Shown here piece after piece: positions 9,622 through 19,573 of a DNA stretch of 64,000 nt. The DNA comes from Beutenbergiaceae bacterium. Lineage in GTDB: Bacteria; Actinomycetota; Actinomycetes; Actinomycetales; Beutenbergiaceae. Position 1 is the stretch's first letter. Each line of letters starts with the position of its first letter. The stretch lies in the NCBI GenBank assembly GCA_047972965.1, contig JBKEBC010000005.1, positions 2,014-66,013 on the forward strand. Direction: 5' to 3'. A model generated the notes under the pieces. That model was not told the origin of the DNA, did no database searches, and worked only from the letters and a program-made list of their open reading frames with translations. The position numbers were made by a program, and so were the translations under genes.

Positions 9622-10238
9622 TGTTCTACCTGCGCCAGCAGCGGTCGAACTCGTTCACGGATCTGGCTGGCGATGTCGTCAATGGCAGTGGCTGCATCTA
9701 CCACCAGGAACCGTTCCGCGCCCTGGGCCGCACGCTCCAAGAATGCCGCTCGCGTACGGGCGTGGAACGGTGCGCCCGCCCGTTCCAGCCGATCAGGTGC
9801 ATCCGTGAGCCGGGCGGGGAGGTGGACCGGGTCCAGATCGAGCAGCACCGTCAGATGCGGCAGCAGACCCTGCACGGCCCACAGGCTGAGGTCCTCGATG
9901 CGTTCGGGTGTCAGGCCCCTGCCACCACCCTGGTAAGCGATGGAGGAATCCAAGTACCGATCGGTCAACACCACCGCACCACGCTTGAGCGCAGGCCGAA
10001 TCACGGTACCCACATGGTGTGCCCGATCTGCGGCGTAGAGCAATGCCTCGGTTCGGTCGTCGATGTCGTCACCGTGCAGGACCAGGTTGCGCAGCACCAC
10101 ACCAAGCTCAGTGCCACCGGGTTCTCTGGTGAGCACAACCTCACTCACTTGCTCGCGCAACCATGCGGCCAGGCGCTGGATCTGCGTGGACTTACCCGCA
10201 CCGTCACCACCTTCGAAGGAGATGAACAACCCAGCCAC
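9618..10238 (-). CDS. tmk: dTMP (thymidylate) kinase
   Basis: 206 aa. FISFEGGDGAGKSTQ P-loop. DRYLDSSIAYQG motif. Confidence 0.9.
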   Translation of the reverse strand: MAGLFISFEGGDGAGKSTQIQRLAAWLREQVSEVVLTREPGGTELGVVLRNLVLHGDDIDDRTEALLYAADRAHHVGTVIRPALKRGAVVLTDRYLDSSIAYQGGGRGLTPERIEDLSLWAVQGLLPHLTVLLDLDPVHLPARLTDAPDRLERAGAPFHARTRAAFLERAAQGAERFLVVDAATAIDDIASQIRERVRPLLAQVEQ

Positions 10239-10344
10239 ATGCTCACCCTAGCTGCGCCCTCCGACGCTCGGCGCCAGGTCGGAGCGACGGCATCGCACCC
10301 GAGCCGGTGCCGTTGCCTGAAGCAGGTCACAAAAGCGGGACAAT

Positions 10345-11352
10345 ATGCCCGTGCATAACCTCGACCCTGGTCCCGAACCGATCGACGCTCCGCCGCTGAA
10401 GTGGGGCATCCTTGCCGCCGGTGGCATTGCCCGCACCTTCGCCGAAACTGTGCCAGCGCATTCGCGCTCCACGGTGGTGGCTGTGGGCTCCCGCTCCCCG
10501 CAGCGGGCGCAGGCATTCGCCGACGAGTTTGCCATTCCTCGAAGCTATGGAGACTACGGCGAGCTCGTGGCTGACCCCGACGTGGAAGCGGTCTATATTG
10601 CCTCACCGCACTCGGAGCATCGCAACCACGCCCTGTTGGCCATCAACGCCGGTAAGCATGTGCTGCTAGAGAAGTGTTTTGCTGAAACGGCCCCACAGGC
10701 GCAGGAGATCTTCGATGCAGCTCGGGCCCGCGGCGTCTTCGTCATGGAGGCAATGTGGACCAGGTTCTTGCCACAGATGGTCGCACTTCGGCAGTTGCTT
10801 GCACAGCAGGTGATCGGTGACATCGTGACCGTATCGGCCCACCATGGCCAGGCCTTGGCGCACGTACCGAGGATGGCCCGGCCGGACCTGGGCGGCGGCG
10901 CACTGCTGGATTTGGGTATATACCCCATCGCCTTCGCCTTCGATATCCTGGGAACCCCCAGCACCATCGCGGCCAGTGGCTGGCTCACCGAACTCGGGGC
11001 AGACGCCGCCGTTGCCGCCACATTCAGCTATCCAGGCGCGCTCGCACAGGTGTCGACGACGATGCTCGCCCGCAGCCACAATGTCGCCGAGATTGCGGGC
11101 ACCCGAGGCCGGATCACTGTGAGTGAACCGTTCTATGCCGCCGCCGCAACGCTGACGGTGCATCCACGCGGGGGTGAACCGTGGACATTTGCTCCCACGG
11201 TCACCGGTGGTTTCCAATTTCAGGTGGCCGAGGTAGCTCGACGGGTGCGTGAGGGTGCCTTGGAATCGCCGCTGCGCTCTTGGGCAGAGACCATCGCCAC
11301 GCAGGTCGTTATCGACGAGATTCGCCGTCAGATCCTCCTTCCCGTGACTTAG
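10345..11352 (+). CDS. Gfo/Idh/MocA family NAD(P)-dependent oxidoreductase
   Basis: 335 aa. N-terminal Rossmann LKWGILAAGGIA. EKCFA motif typical of the family. Confidence 0.8.
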   Translation: MPVHNLDPGPEPIDAPPLKWGILAAGGIARTFAETVPAHSRSTVVAVGSRSPQRAQAFADEFAIPRSYGDYGELVADPDVEAVYIASPHSEHRNHALLAINAGKHVLLEKCFAETAPQAQEIFDAARARGVFVMEAMWTRFLPQMVALRQLLAQQVIGDIVTVSAHHGQALAHVPRMARPDLGGGALLDLGIYPIAFAFDILGTPSTIAASGWLTELGADAAVAATFSYPGALAQVSTTMLARSHNVAEIAGTRGRITVSEPFYAAAATLTVHPRGGEPWTFAPTVTGGFQFQVAEVARRVREGALESPLRSWAETIATQVVIDEIRRQILLPVT

Positions 11353-11361
11353 CCTGAAGCC

Positions 11362-11721
11362 ATGAGCCCCGTTGGCAATCACGAACCCGAGATCCCGGGC
11401 CAGATCCCCATACCGCAACCACCTTCTGCCGCTGAATCATTGACGAATGAACCGCGTCGGCCTGCGCCAGCTGACCCACCCTCGCAGGCCAAGCGGCAGC
11501 AACAGCTCTCCAAGTTCCTCTCGACCACCACCATGGTGCTGTTTCCGGTGATGGTGGGGATAGGGGTGGCCTCACGGATGTTTGACTTTCCGTGGATTCC
11601 GCTGTTGTTGATAGTCGCGATCCTTGGGAGTGTGATTACGACCATCGGCATCATGCGGATAGGGCGCTCTAGGAGCGGGCCAGCAGTTCCACCGGGCCCA
11701 CGGCCACCACAGGACTACTGA
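11362..11721 (+). CDS. Hypothetical small membrane protein (Pro-rich N-terminus, two TM helices)
   Basis: 119-aa ORF 10 nt after the preceding gene. Hydrophobic segments MVLFPVMVGIGVA and IPLLLIVAILGSVITTIGI. Confidence 0.45.
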   Translation: MSPVGNHEPEIPGQIPIPQPPSAAESLTNEPRRPAPADPPSQAKRQQQLSKFLSTTTMVLFPVMVGIGVASRMFDFPWIPLLLIVAILGSVITTIGIMRIGRSRSGPAVPPGPRPPQDY

Positions 11722-11856
11722 CGTCGCTCACTGTGCTCATTGCGGATTGGCAGCCTCACGCAACCGTGGTGAATTGGCCGCCCACGATGGCGCAACGGCT
11801 AACCGCGTCCGCAACCTAATGGCGTAGTCGGAGCAGCCACGTAGCGCCTGGCGCTG

Positions 11857-14535
11857 CTACGTCGACCGGGCCTTGCTGGTGCGCTTGGTTGTCTTGGCCT
11901 TGCCACGCGCCGGACGCTTGGCGGGCCCAGCTGCCCGTTTTTCTGCCAGGATCTCGAAAGCGCGTTCCGCTGTCAGGCTTTCCAATGGATCTGCCTTGCG
12001 CAGCGTGGCATTGGTGGTGCCATCGGTGACATAGGTTCCGAACCGACCGTCTTTGACGACCACCGGCTTGCCGGTGACCGGATCCTCCCCGAACTCCGCC
12101 AGCGGCGGAGCCGCTGTCGCCCCGCGCCCGCGCTTGGGCTGCGTGTAAATTTCCAGCGCCTGGTCCAAGGTGATGTCGAAGATCTGCTGCTCGCTGGTCA
12201 GGCTCCGCGAATCTGTGCCCTTCTTCAGGTAGGGCCCATACCGACCGTTCTGAGCGGTGATGTCCGTGCCTGAGTCGGGATCGGTCCCCACCACCCGCGG
12301 TAGCGACAACAGCCGCAGGGCGACCTCCAGATCCACCGTCTCCACCGCCATATCTTTGAACAGCGAGGCGGTGCGCGGCTTCGGCTTGGCGGCCTTCTTC
12401 TTCCCTTTTGGCTTGGCATCCTCAGCAGGTGCCTGCGGCTCGGGCAGCACCTCGGTGACATAGGGTCCGAATCGACCGTTCTTGACCACGATCTCGTGAC
12501 CGGAGTCCGGATCGGTGCCCAGCGGGCGACCGTCATCGCCGGTCTTGGCAGCCTCCGCGATCAGCTCCCGGGCTCGCTCGGGGGTGAGCTCATCGGGTGC
12601 TAGTTCGTCCGGGACACTGGCCCGAGTGTCGCCGTCCTCACCCGGAACTTCTAGATATGGGCCGTAGCGGCCAACCCGCAACGTAATCCCATCGCCCAGG
12701 TCAATCGAATTGACTTGGCGGGCGTCGATCTCACCGGCGTCGGCAACCATCTCCTTGAGGCCGTCATGACCATCTTCGCCAAAGTAGAACCCGGTCAGCC
12801 ACTGCACCCGATCCCGCTCACCGCTGGCGATTTCATCCAGGTCAGCTTCCATGCCTGCCGTGAAGTCGTAGTCGATCAGCCGGTCGTAGTTCTGTTCCAG
12901 CAGTCGCACGACAGCGAATGCCAGCCAGGTAGGCACCAGCGCCTGCCCGCGCCTATCGACGTAGCCACGCTCAGTGATCACGGTAATGGTGGCCGCGTAG
13001 GTGCTAGGCCGCCCAATCCCGCGCTCTTCCAGCGCCTTCACCAGGCTCGCCTCGGTGTACCGCGGCGGCGGGGAAGTCTCGTGCCCCTCGGCGCCCAGCT
13101 CGACCGCGTGGAGGGCGGCACCCTGAGCAACATCGGGCAGGCGGGTCTCAGAGTCGTTGGCCTCGCCATACCGTTCGATATCGCGACCCTCTTCATAGGC
13201 CGCCAGAAATCCCCGGAAGGTAATGACGGTCCCGGAGGCACCAAACTCGGCGTCGCGGCCATCGGAGGCGGTGGCACCCAGCCGGATGGTCGCCGTCGAC
13301 CCCTTCGCGTCAGACATCTGGGAGGCCACGGTGCGCTTCCAGATCAGTTCGTAGAGCCGGAACTGATCTCCGGTTAGTTCCTCGCTGATCTGCCCTGGGG
13401 TCCGGAATGAGTCACCCGCGGGACGAATCGCCTCGTGGGCTTCCTGGGCGCCCTTGGCGGCTTTGCCATAGGTGCGGGGCTGGTCCGGAATAAAGTCCGC
13501 CCCGTACAGGTCAGTGGCCTGCTGACGGGCAGCGGCGACCGCCTGGCCGGAGAGCGCCGAAGAGTCGGTACGCATATAGGTGATGTACCCGTTTTCGTAC
13601 AGCCCCTGCGCGGTCCGCATGGTCTGGTTGGAGTTCATCCGCAGCTTGCGGGAAGCCTCCTGTTGCAGCGTGGAGGTAGTGAACGGGGCAGCCGGACGGC
13701 GAGTATAGGGCTTGGTCTCAACGGATCGGACCGCGAAATCTACGCCATCCAGGGCCGCCACGAGTGAGTGCGCCGCTGCTTCGTCAAGCGCCACCACCTT
13801 CTTTGATGCCAGGCTGCCATCGTCGGCGAAGTCACGCCCCTGGGCGACCCGGGTACCATCCAGCGCTACCAGCTTGGCTGGGAACGCGGGTGAATCTTCG
13901 TGGCTGAACTGACCCCGCAGATCCCAGTAGGACGCCTTGCAGAACGCCATACGCTCACGTTCGCGATCCACGACCAATCGGGTTGCTACCGACTGCACCC
14001 GGCCAGCAGACAGTCCCTGCCGCACCTTGCGCCACAGCACCGGGGAGACCTCATACCCATAGAGCCGGTCCAGGATCCGCCGGGTCTCCTGCGCGTCGAC
14101 GAGGCGATCATCTAGGTCCCGGGTATTGCTCAACGCCCGCTCGATCGCTTCAGCGGTAATCTCGTGGAACACCATCCGCTTGACCGGAACCTTGGGCTTG
14201 AGGACCTCCAGCAGGTGCCAGGCAATCGCTTCGCCCTCGCGGTCCTCATCGGTGGCTAGGTAGAGCTCGTCCGCCTCTTTGAGGAGCTTGCGCAGCTCCG
14301 TCACTTTCTTCTTCTTGTCCGGATAGACCACGTAGTAAGGCTCGAAACCATCGTCGACGTTGACGGCGAACTTCTTGAACGGCCCCTTCTTCATGTCCGC
14401 GGGCAGCTCCGAGGGTTGAGGCAGGTCGCGGATGTGGCCAACACTGGCTTCGACGTCGAAATCCGGCCCAAGGTATCCCGCAATCGTGCGGGCCTTGGCA
14501 GGCGACTCAACGATGACGAGCTTGCGTCCAGCCAC
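11857..14535 (-). CDS. topA: DNA topoisomerase I
   Basis: 892 aa. TOPRIM N-terminus (LVIVESPAKARTI). Active-site region GYITYMRTDS. Lys-rich C-terminal tail typical of actinobacterial TopA. Confidence 0.95.
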   Translation of the reverse strand: MAGRKLVIVESPAKARTIAGYLGPDFDVEASVGHIRDLPQPSELPADMKKGPFKKFAVNVDDGFEPYYVVYPDKKKKVTELRKLLKEADELYLATDEDREGEAIAWHLLEVLKPKVPVKRMVFHEITAEAIERALSNTRDLDDRLVDAQETRRILDRLYGYEVSPVLWRKVRQGLSAGRVQSVATRLVVDRERERMAFCKASYWDLRGQFSHEDSPAFPAKLVALDGTRVAQGRDFADDGSLASKKVVALDEAAAHSLVAALDGVDFAVRSVETKPYTRRPAAPFTTSTLQQEASRKLRMNSNQTMRTAQGLYENGYITYMRTDSSALSGQAVAAARQQATDLYGADFIPDQPRTYGKAAKGAQEAHEAIRPAGDSFRTPGQISEELTGDQFRLYELIWKRTVASQMSDAKGSTATIRLGATASDGRDAEFGASGTVITFRGFLAAYEEGRDIERYGEANDSETRLPDVAQGAALHAVELGAEGHETSPPPRYTEASLVKALEERGIGRPSTYAATITVITERGYVDRRGQALVPTWLAFAVVRLLEQNYDRLIDYDFTAGMEADLDEIASGERDRVQWLTGFYFGEDGHDGLKEMVADAGEIDARQVNSIDLGDGITLRVGRYGPYLEVPGEDGDTRASVPDELAPDELTPERARELIAEAAKTGDDGRPLGTDPDSGHEIVVKNGRFGPYVTEVLPEPQAPAEDAKPKGKKKAAKPKPRTASLFKDMAVETVDLEVALRLLSLPRVVGTDPDSGTDITAQNGRYGPYLKKGTDSRSLTSEQQIFDITLDQALEIYTQPKRGRGATAAPPLAEFGEDPVTGKPVVVKDGRFGTYVTDGTTNATLRKADPLESLTAERAFEILAEKRAAGPAKRPARGKAKTTKRTSKARST

Positions 14536-14623
14536 AACATCCCTCCTGATTCAGTTCACATGAGTACGAGCACAACAACGACGGCGCGAGCAAATGGCCT
14601 CTCGACGGCGCAGCGTACCCGGT

Positions 14624-15580
14624 TCAGCCGCCGTCGGGGATTTCCGGTGGTCGCTGCGGATGGGGGTGATGCGGCCGCAACCGCAGCATAAGTCCGAACA
14701 CCAGGCTGCATATGCATAACACCGCAGCCACGGCACCGGCGAATGCCACCTGATAACCAACGGTGGTTTCGATCGGTGCGCGGATCGTCGTCGCACCCAG
14801 GGCTCCGAGGGCCAGGCCTCCGGTCAAACCGCCGATAACCGCGAAGACCCGCAGGATGAGGCTCATCCACATCTCCCACCGCCCCTGCACCACGGCAGGC
14901 TTGTCGACCCCGGACACGCCAGCCAGCACGGCCTCGACCAAGAAATACCAGGCACCGGTGATCAGGACCGAGGCAAGCACGTCCGAAAGGCGATGCCACG
15001 CTCCACTGGTGGTCGTGCCCACCATGGTGGCCACCCCCATCGTGGCGGTCAGGATTGCACCGATCAGCGCAACGATCGAGCGCCACCGCACCGATACCAC
15101 CAGCAGCGCCGTCACTGAGATTGACGCGGCCACCGTGACATGTCCAGACGGAAAGGAGTTCAACGCGACCCGAGCAACGTCGCCGTCGGGCCGCAGCAAC
15201 ACATCCTTGAGTATCTGGGTGGTGAGGTTCGAGCCTGCCAGCATCATGATCGCCGCAATCGCGATCGACCAGCGCCGCTGCAGCAACGAGATCAGCACGG
15301 CAATCGCCAGAACAACGACCAGGAGCGGAACCGACACCGCATTGAGTACCAGTTCGGTGAGCCCACCGATCCAGTCCCGGGCTCCTGCTGACCCGATCCG
15401 AGCCGCATCATCGACTTGTTGACCACGGCTGGTTCCGATGAACGCACTCCAGGTGAGCAGGACCAGCACCAGGCACAGACCGGCTGCCAACGCCGGGGCG
15501 AGGACGCCCGGAGGGATGACCCGGGCTCGTGCAGGGGTCGACGACGCGTCGCTAGCCACCGTCTGATCGTCCATGCTCAC
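14624..15580 (-). CDS. PAP2-superfamily phosphatase, integral membrane
   Basis: 318 aa, multiple TM helices. PAP2 signature SFPSGH present. Confidence 0.65.
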   Translation of the reverse strand: MSMDDQTVASDASSTPARARVIPPGVLAPALAAGLCLVLVLLTWSAFIGTSRGQQVDDAARIGSAGARDWIGGLTELVLNAVSVPLLVVVLAIAVLISLLQRRWSIAIAAIMMLAGSNLTTQILKDVLLRPDGDVARVALNSFPSGHVTVAASISVTALLVVSVRWRSIVALIGAILTATMGVATMVGTTTSGAWHRLSDVLASVLITGAWYFLVEAVLAGVSGVDKPAVVQGRWEMWMSLILRVFAVIGGLTGGLALGALGATTIRAPIETTVGYQVAFAGAVAAVLCICSLVFGLMLRLRPHHPHPQRPPEIPDGG

Positions 15581-15671
15581 GCGGACACCGTAACCGCTTC
15601 AGCGGGCATATCGCTGCCATGTCCACATCCATCGACCAGCCCACTCACCCCAGCCCACTCACCCCAGCCCG

Positions 15672-15737
15672 CCAAGTCGTGATCGGGCAGCCAAGTCGTG
15701 ATGCGCGAATCACGACCCCGCATCCCAATCACGACTT
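15672..15737. repeat. Compound palindromic repeat, copy B (degenerate right arm)
   Basis: CCAAGTCGTGATCGGGCAGCCAAGTCGTGATGCGCGAATCACGACCCCGCATCCCAATCACGACTT. Overlaps the last 9 codons and the stop of the upstream CDS. Confidence 0.85.
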
Positions 15738-17251
15738 AGCGAATCCGCGTGGGTAAGTAATCCATCCACTAGCAGGGACCGGATCCGAGGAAACGTCGAC
15801 GCTCGCACCTGCGCTGGGTCCTCGTCGAGCAGCACCGCGACCGCAGTGCTGATCTGCCCCAGCGTGAGCTCCCCGTCACAGGCACCGACGATCGCTGCCA
15901 GCCAGGTATCGGCTTGTACCACCCGGCCTAGACCGCCGCCCTGGCGGAGCAGGATCACCTGCGGATCACCGGCACCCGGGCGCAGGTGCCGCTCTTCGGT
16001 GACATCGGGGGCAACCTGCAGAACTAGGTTCGCGAGTGCCTCATCACCGGTCTCTTCGAGCACCCGGGACATCAGCAGTGAGCGAGCAATCTGCTCACCG
16101 ACGGCCGGGCCAATGGGGCCGGTCACTTCCTCCAGCCGATGGCGCGGCGCGGCCTGCGGTGAGGTGGGCCGAGACAAGATCAGGTAGCCGAATCCAATCC
16201 CGGACACCTCCCGATCAGCGAAATCGGCCATCCATGCTGTGGCGGCCTCACGCCAGCGCACCGGGTCCCGCTCCACCGCGATCCCGCCATCGCGCAACCA
16301 GGTTTCCGCATAGTGCGCCGGATCCAACACTTCCCGCTGGATCACCCAGCCGTCCAGACCAGACTCGGCCAGCCAGCCTCCGACCCGTTCGGTCCAATCG
16401 CTGCCCTCCTGGATTTCCCAATTGGCCAGGAACTGAGCCACTCCACCAGGAGCAAGCACCGATCCGACGTTGCGAATCAGGTCCGCAACCAGATCATCGC
16501 TGGACCGGCCGCCATCCCGGTAGGTGTAGGTCGCCAACGGGCCGGACCGGGGAGTGATGACGAACGGCGGGTTGGAGACCACGAGGTCGAACTGCTCCGC
16601 AACCGGGTCCAGCATGGAGCCCTGCCGTACCTCGAGCTCTATTGTGTTGAGCTCGGCGTTGAAGGCGGCGAATGCCACCGCGCGTTCCGAAATGTCTGTC
16701 GCCACCACCTGTCCGCAATGCCGAGCCAGCATCAGCGCTTGGATACCACTGCCGGTACCTAGGTCAAGCGCTCGGGCTACCGGGGTGCCAATGGTGAGCT
16801 CGGCCAAGGTACGCGAGGCCCCACCCAGACCCAGGACGTGATCTGGCTCGATAGGCCCTCCGGTGGTCGAGGAATCCAGGTCGGAAGCCAGCCACAAAGA
16901 TGCACCTTCGATGTCGACGGGGCGCAGGTCGATGACTGCACGAAACTGGCCGTCCACCTGTTCCAGCAGCCCAAGCTCGCGCCCGCCCTCGGGGCCCAGT
17001 TCAGGGAACGCCCGTTCGGCATCAGCGGCATCGAGTGAATCACCCAAAGTCAGCACACGCACCAGCAGCGCTGCCCGGTCATCGCTGCGCCGGGCAGCCA
17101 GCAGCGCGGGCAGGCCGTTCTCACGCTCCAACGCGGCCACGGCCATCGCACCCAGGACCCGCGCCAGGTGTGGCACCCGGTAGTCGGCAGAATCCAGATC
17201 CGCACGGAGCTCGGCAATGAGCGCGGTGTCAAGCTTGGGAACAGTTCTCAC
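15710..17251 (-). CDS. Class I SAM-dependent methyltransferase (N6/N5-type NPPF motif) with large flanking domains
   Basis: 513 aa. SAM-binding motif ALDLGTGSGIQA. Catalytic motif VVSNPPF. GTG start. Confidence 0.75.
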   Translation of the reverse strand: MRTVPKLDTALIAELRADLDSADYRVPHLARVLGAMAVAALERENGLPALLAARRSDDRAALLVRVLTLGDSLDAADAERAFPELGPEGGRELGLLEQVDGQFRAVIDLRPVDIEGASLWLASDLDSSTTGGPIEPDHVLGLGGASRTLAELTIGTPVARALDLGTGSGIQALMLARHCGQVVATDISERAVAFAAFNAELNTIELEVRQGSMLDPVAEQFDLVVSNPPFVITPRSGPLATYTYRDGGRSSDDLVADLIRNVGSVLAPGGVAQFLANWEIQEGSDWTERVGGWLAESGLDGWVIQREVLDPAHYAETWLRDGGIAVERDPVRWREAATAWMADFADREVSGIGFGYLILSRPTSPQAAPRHRLEEVTGPIGPAVGEQIARSLLMSRVLEETGDEALANLVLQVAPDVTEERHLRPGAGDPQVILLRQGGGLGRVVQADTWLAAIVGACDGELTLGQISTAVAVLLDEDPAQVRASTFPRIRSLLVDGLLTHADSLSRDWDAGS

Positions 17252-17325
17252 TAGATCACCCTAGGGCCGAGCATCGAGGAGGTCCGGCCCTCCACAGGTG
17301 CGTGTGATCCGCGGATGGTTGCGGC

Positions 17326-17991
17326 TCACCCGCGCGCGTCACGGGCGGCGGCACCAGCACGTTCCAGCCACCGAGGCGGGTCGCCATAGCGCTGATTCGA
17401 CACCAGACGACCAGCCTCACTATCACAAATGAGCTCCGCGAGCCGCTTCTGTTGGGTCTGTTCCCGCTTGGCACCCTGGATCCAGGTGGCTACCACCCGC
17501 CGGTAGCCTGCGGTGGCCGCCTCCCAGAACGCCTCGGCAGCTGGATTCTGAGCCAGGATGGCGCGATGGGCCGCGCTGAGATCGCGAGGGCCACTTTCAT
17601 AGCTATACCCCGGCCCCTCGGCGCGGCGCTCGAAGGCGGCGATACCCTCCGGGCGCATGCGCCCCTCGGCGAGCAAGCGTTGCACGTGTGCGATGTTGAC
17701 GGCGCTCCAGATGGAGTTGGGCTTGCGTGGCGTCCACCGCTGACGAGTCGAATCGGAGTCGATGCGCTGCTTGACTGAGTCAATCCAGCCGAAGCAAAGG
17801 GCCTCCGGAACGGCCTCCGCCCAGGTCAGTCCACGGTCGGGCACGTGCTTGCCATACAGCCCCATCCACAGGTGCGTCGCACCGTCGTGATGAGCGGTGA
17901 GCCAGGCGCGGAACTGCTCCGGCCCGGTAAAGAAGGTGGCAGGTCGTTGCGGGGTTCCACCTCGGCGACCTATCTCTGTCTCCGCAGGCAT
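17326..17991 (-). CDS. YdeI/OmpD-associated family protein
   Basis: Start re-assigned to the internal ATG (MPAETEIG...). The upstream part of the 281-aa ORF is Arg/Gly-rich and not protein-like. Family resemblance rests on LWMGLYGKH...CFGWIDS...RWTPRKPNSIWS. Confidence 0.6.
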   Translation of the reverse strand: MPAETEIGRRGGTPQRPATFFTGPEQFRAWLTAHHDGATHLWMGLYGKHVPDRGLTWAEAVPEALCFGWIDSVKQRIDSDSTRQRWTPRKPNSIWSAVNIAHVQRLLAEGRMRPEGIAAFERRAEGPGYSYESGPRDLSAAHRAILAQNPAAEAFWEAATAGYRRVVATWIQGAKREQTQQKRLAELICDSEAGRLVSNQRYGDPPRWLERAGAAARDARG

Positions 17992-18128
17992 TGTCGGTCC
18001 TCCACAGTGGTGCTGGGCCTGATCCTTGCATGTTTTGCTCCCAGGCGCCGATCCGACCAATGGATGTCGCCGTCGCGGCTTGATCGGAGCAACTGGCCAA
18101 CGACCGCCCCTGCCTCTACCTTTGCCCC

Positions 18129-19439
18129 ATGACGCACGATGCAGTGCCTGCCTCCCAGACCGTGCAACCACCGGTGCCCCGCAGCGTGGTCCGAGCCTGG
18201 ACCATCTGGGACTTCGGGCAGCAGTCCTTCAATACCGTCATCCTGACGTTCGTCTACAGCGTCTACGTCACCGGACTGGCGGCCGATCCGGACTACGGCG
18301 CCGCACTGTTCACCAATACCCAGGCCTGGGCCGGGCTGGCCATCGCCCTGCTGGCACCGGCCATGGGCACCATGGCGGACCGAGCACGCAACTCTCGCCT
18401 ATGGCTGACGATCCTGACCCTAGCCACCATCGCCTGCATGGCCGGCTTGTGGTTCGTACGTCCCGAGGAGTCCTACCTGCTGCTGGGGTGCATCATCATC
18501 GCCGTGGCGTCGGTGTTCTCAGAGCTGGCCAACGTGTTCTACTACGCGATGCTGATCCAGGTTTCGACGCCGAAGACCTACGGTCGCATCTCTGGAACGG
18601 CGTGGGGGCTGGGGTATATCGGCGGTGTGTTGGCGCTGGTGATCACCCTGTTCGGCTTCATTCTGGAGGGCCGGTTCCTGCCGATCCCCACCGACGACGC
18701 CATGAACGTACGCGGGGTCGCCCTGCTTTGTGCGCTCTGGTTCCTCATCTTCGGATTGCCGTTGCTGATTCTTGCGCCCAAGGACCCACCAGCCTCGGAC
18801 GCCTTCAAGCCCGTTAGCCTGGTCGGCGCCTACAAGGAACTCGGGCTGCGGCTGGTTCGGTTGTGGAAATCCGAGCGCAGCCTGCTGCACTTTTTTATCG
18901 CATCGGCGGTGTACCGGGATGGCCTGGGGGCAATCTTTGCGCTCGCTGGCGTGCTGGCTGCGGCTGCCTACGGATTCGAGCAGGAGGAGGTCATCTACTT
19001 CGGACTGGCCGCCAATCTGGTTGCTGGTATCGGCACCTGGTTAGCGGGGAAGCAGGATGACCGGTTTGGGGCCCGGCCGGTCATCATCGGGTATCTGGGG
19101 GCCATCCTGGTTCTAGCTGGCATCATCATCGTCTCCGATGCGAAGTTGACGTTCTGGATCGGCGGACTGCTGATCGCTACCTGCGTCGGCCCAGTGCAGA
19201 CCGCTTCCCGCTCGATGCTGGCGCGCATGACAATTCCCGAAACCGCCAACGAGAACTTTGGCCTCTACGCCACCGTCGGCCGGGCGGTCAGTTTCATGGC
19301 CCCGGGTGCGTTCTCCGTCATGGTTGCCGTCACCGGTCAGACCCGGCTAGGCATGATCGGCATCGCGCTGGTGCTCGCCCTGGGGCTCGCGCTATTCCTC
19401 CCGCTGAAGGTGCAGCCCGCAGCCCCGGCTGACAGTTAG
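18129..19439 (+). CDS. MFS transporter
   Basis: 436 aa. About 12 predicted TM helices. Pattern typical of UMF1/Atg22-like MFS permeases. Confidence 0.7.
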   Translation: MTHDAVPASQTVQPPVPRSVVRAWTIWDFGQQSFNTVILTFVYSVYVTGLAADPDYGAALFTNTQAWAGLAIALLAPAMGTMADRARNSRLWLTILTLATIACMAGLWFVRPEESYLLLGCIIIAVASVFSELANVFYYAMLIQVSTPKTYGRISGTAWGLGYIGGVLALVITLFGFILEGRFLPIPTDDAMNVRGVALLCALWFLIFGLPLLILAPKDPPASDAFKPVSLVGAYKELGLRLVRLWKSERSLLHFFIASAVYRDGLGAIFALAGVLAAAAYGFEQEEVIYFGLAANLVAGIGTWLAGKQDDRFGARPVIIGYLGAILVLAGIIIVSDAKLTFWIGGLLIATCVGPVQTASRSMLARMTIPETANENFGLYATVGRAVSFMAPGAFSVMVAVTGQTRLGMIGIALVLALGLALFLPLKVQPAAPADS

Positions 19440-19573
19440 CCAACGACGACGCAGCAGCAGTGGGTACGCATTCACGCCACGAGCACCACCGGCCGCGCCG
19501 CCCCATGCCGACAGCTAGCAGGCCGCCCGAGCCGTCCTCACCGACGTCGGCAACTCGGGCGCGCCTGGAGCTG

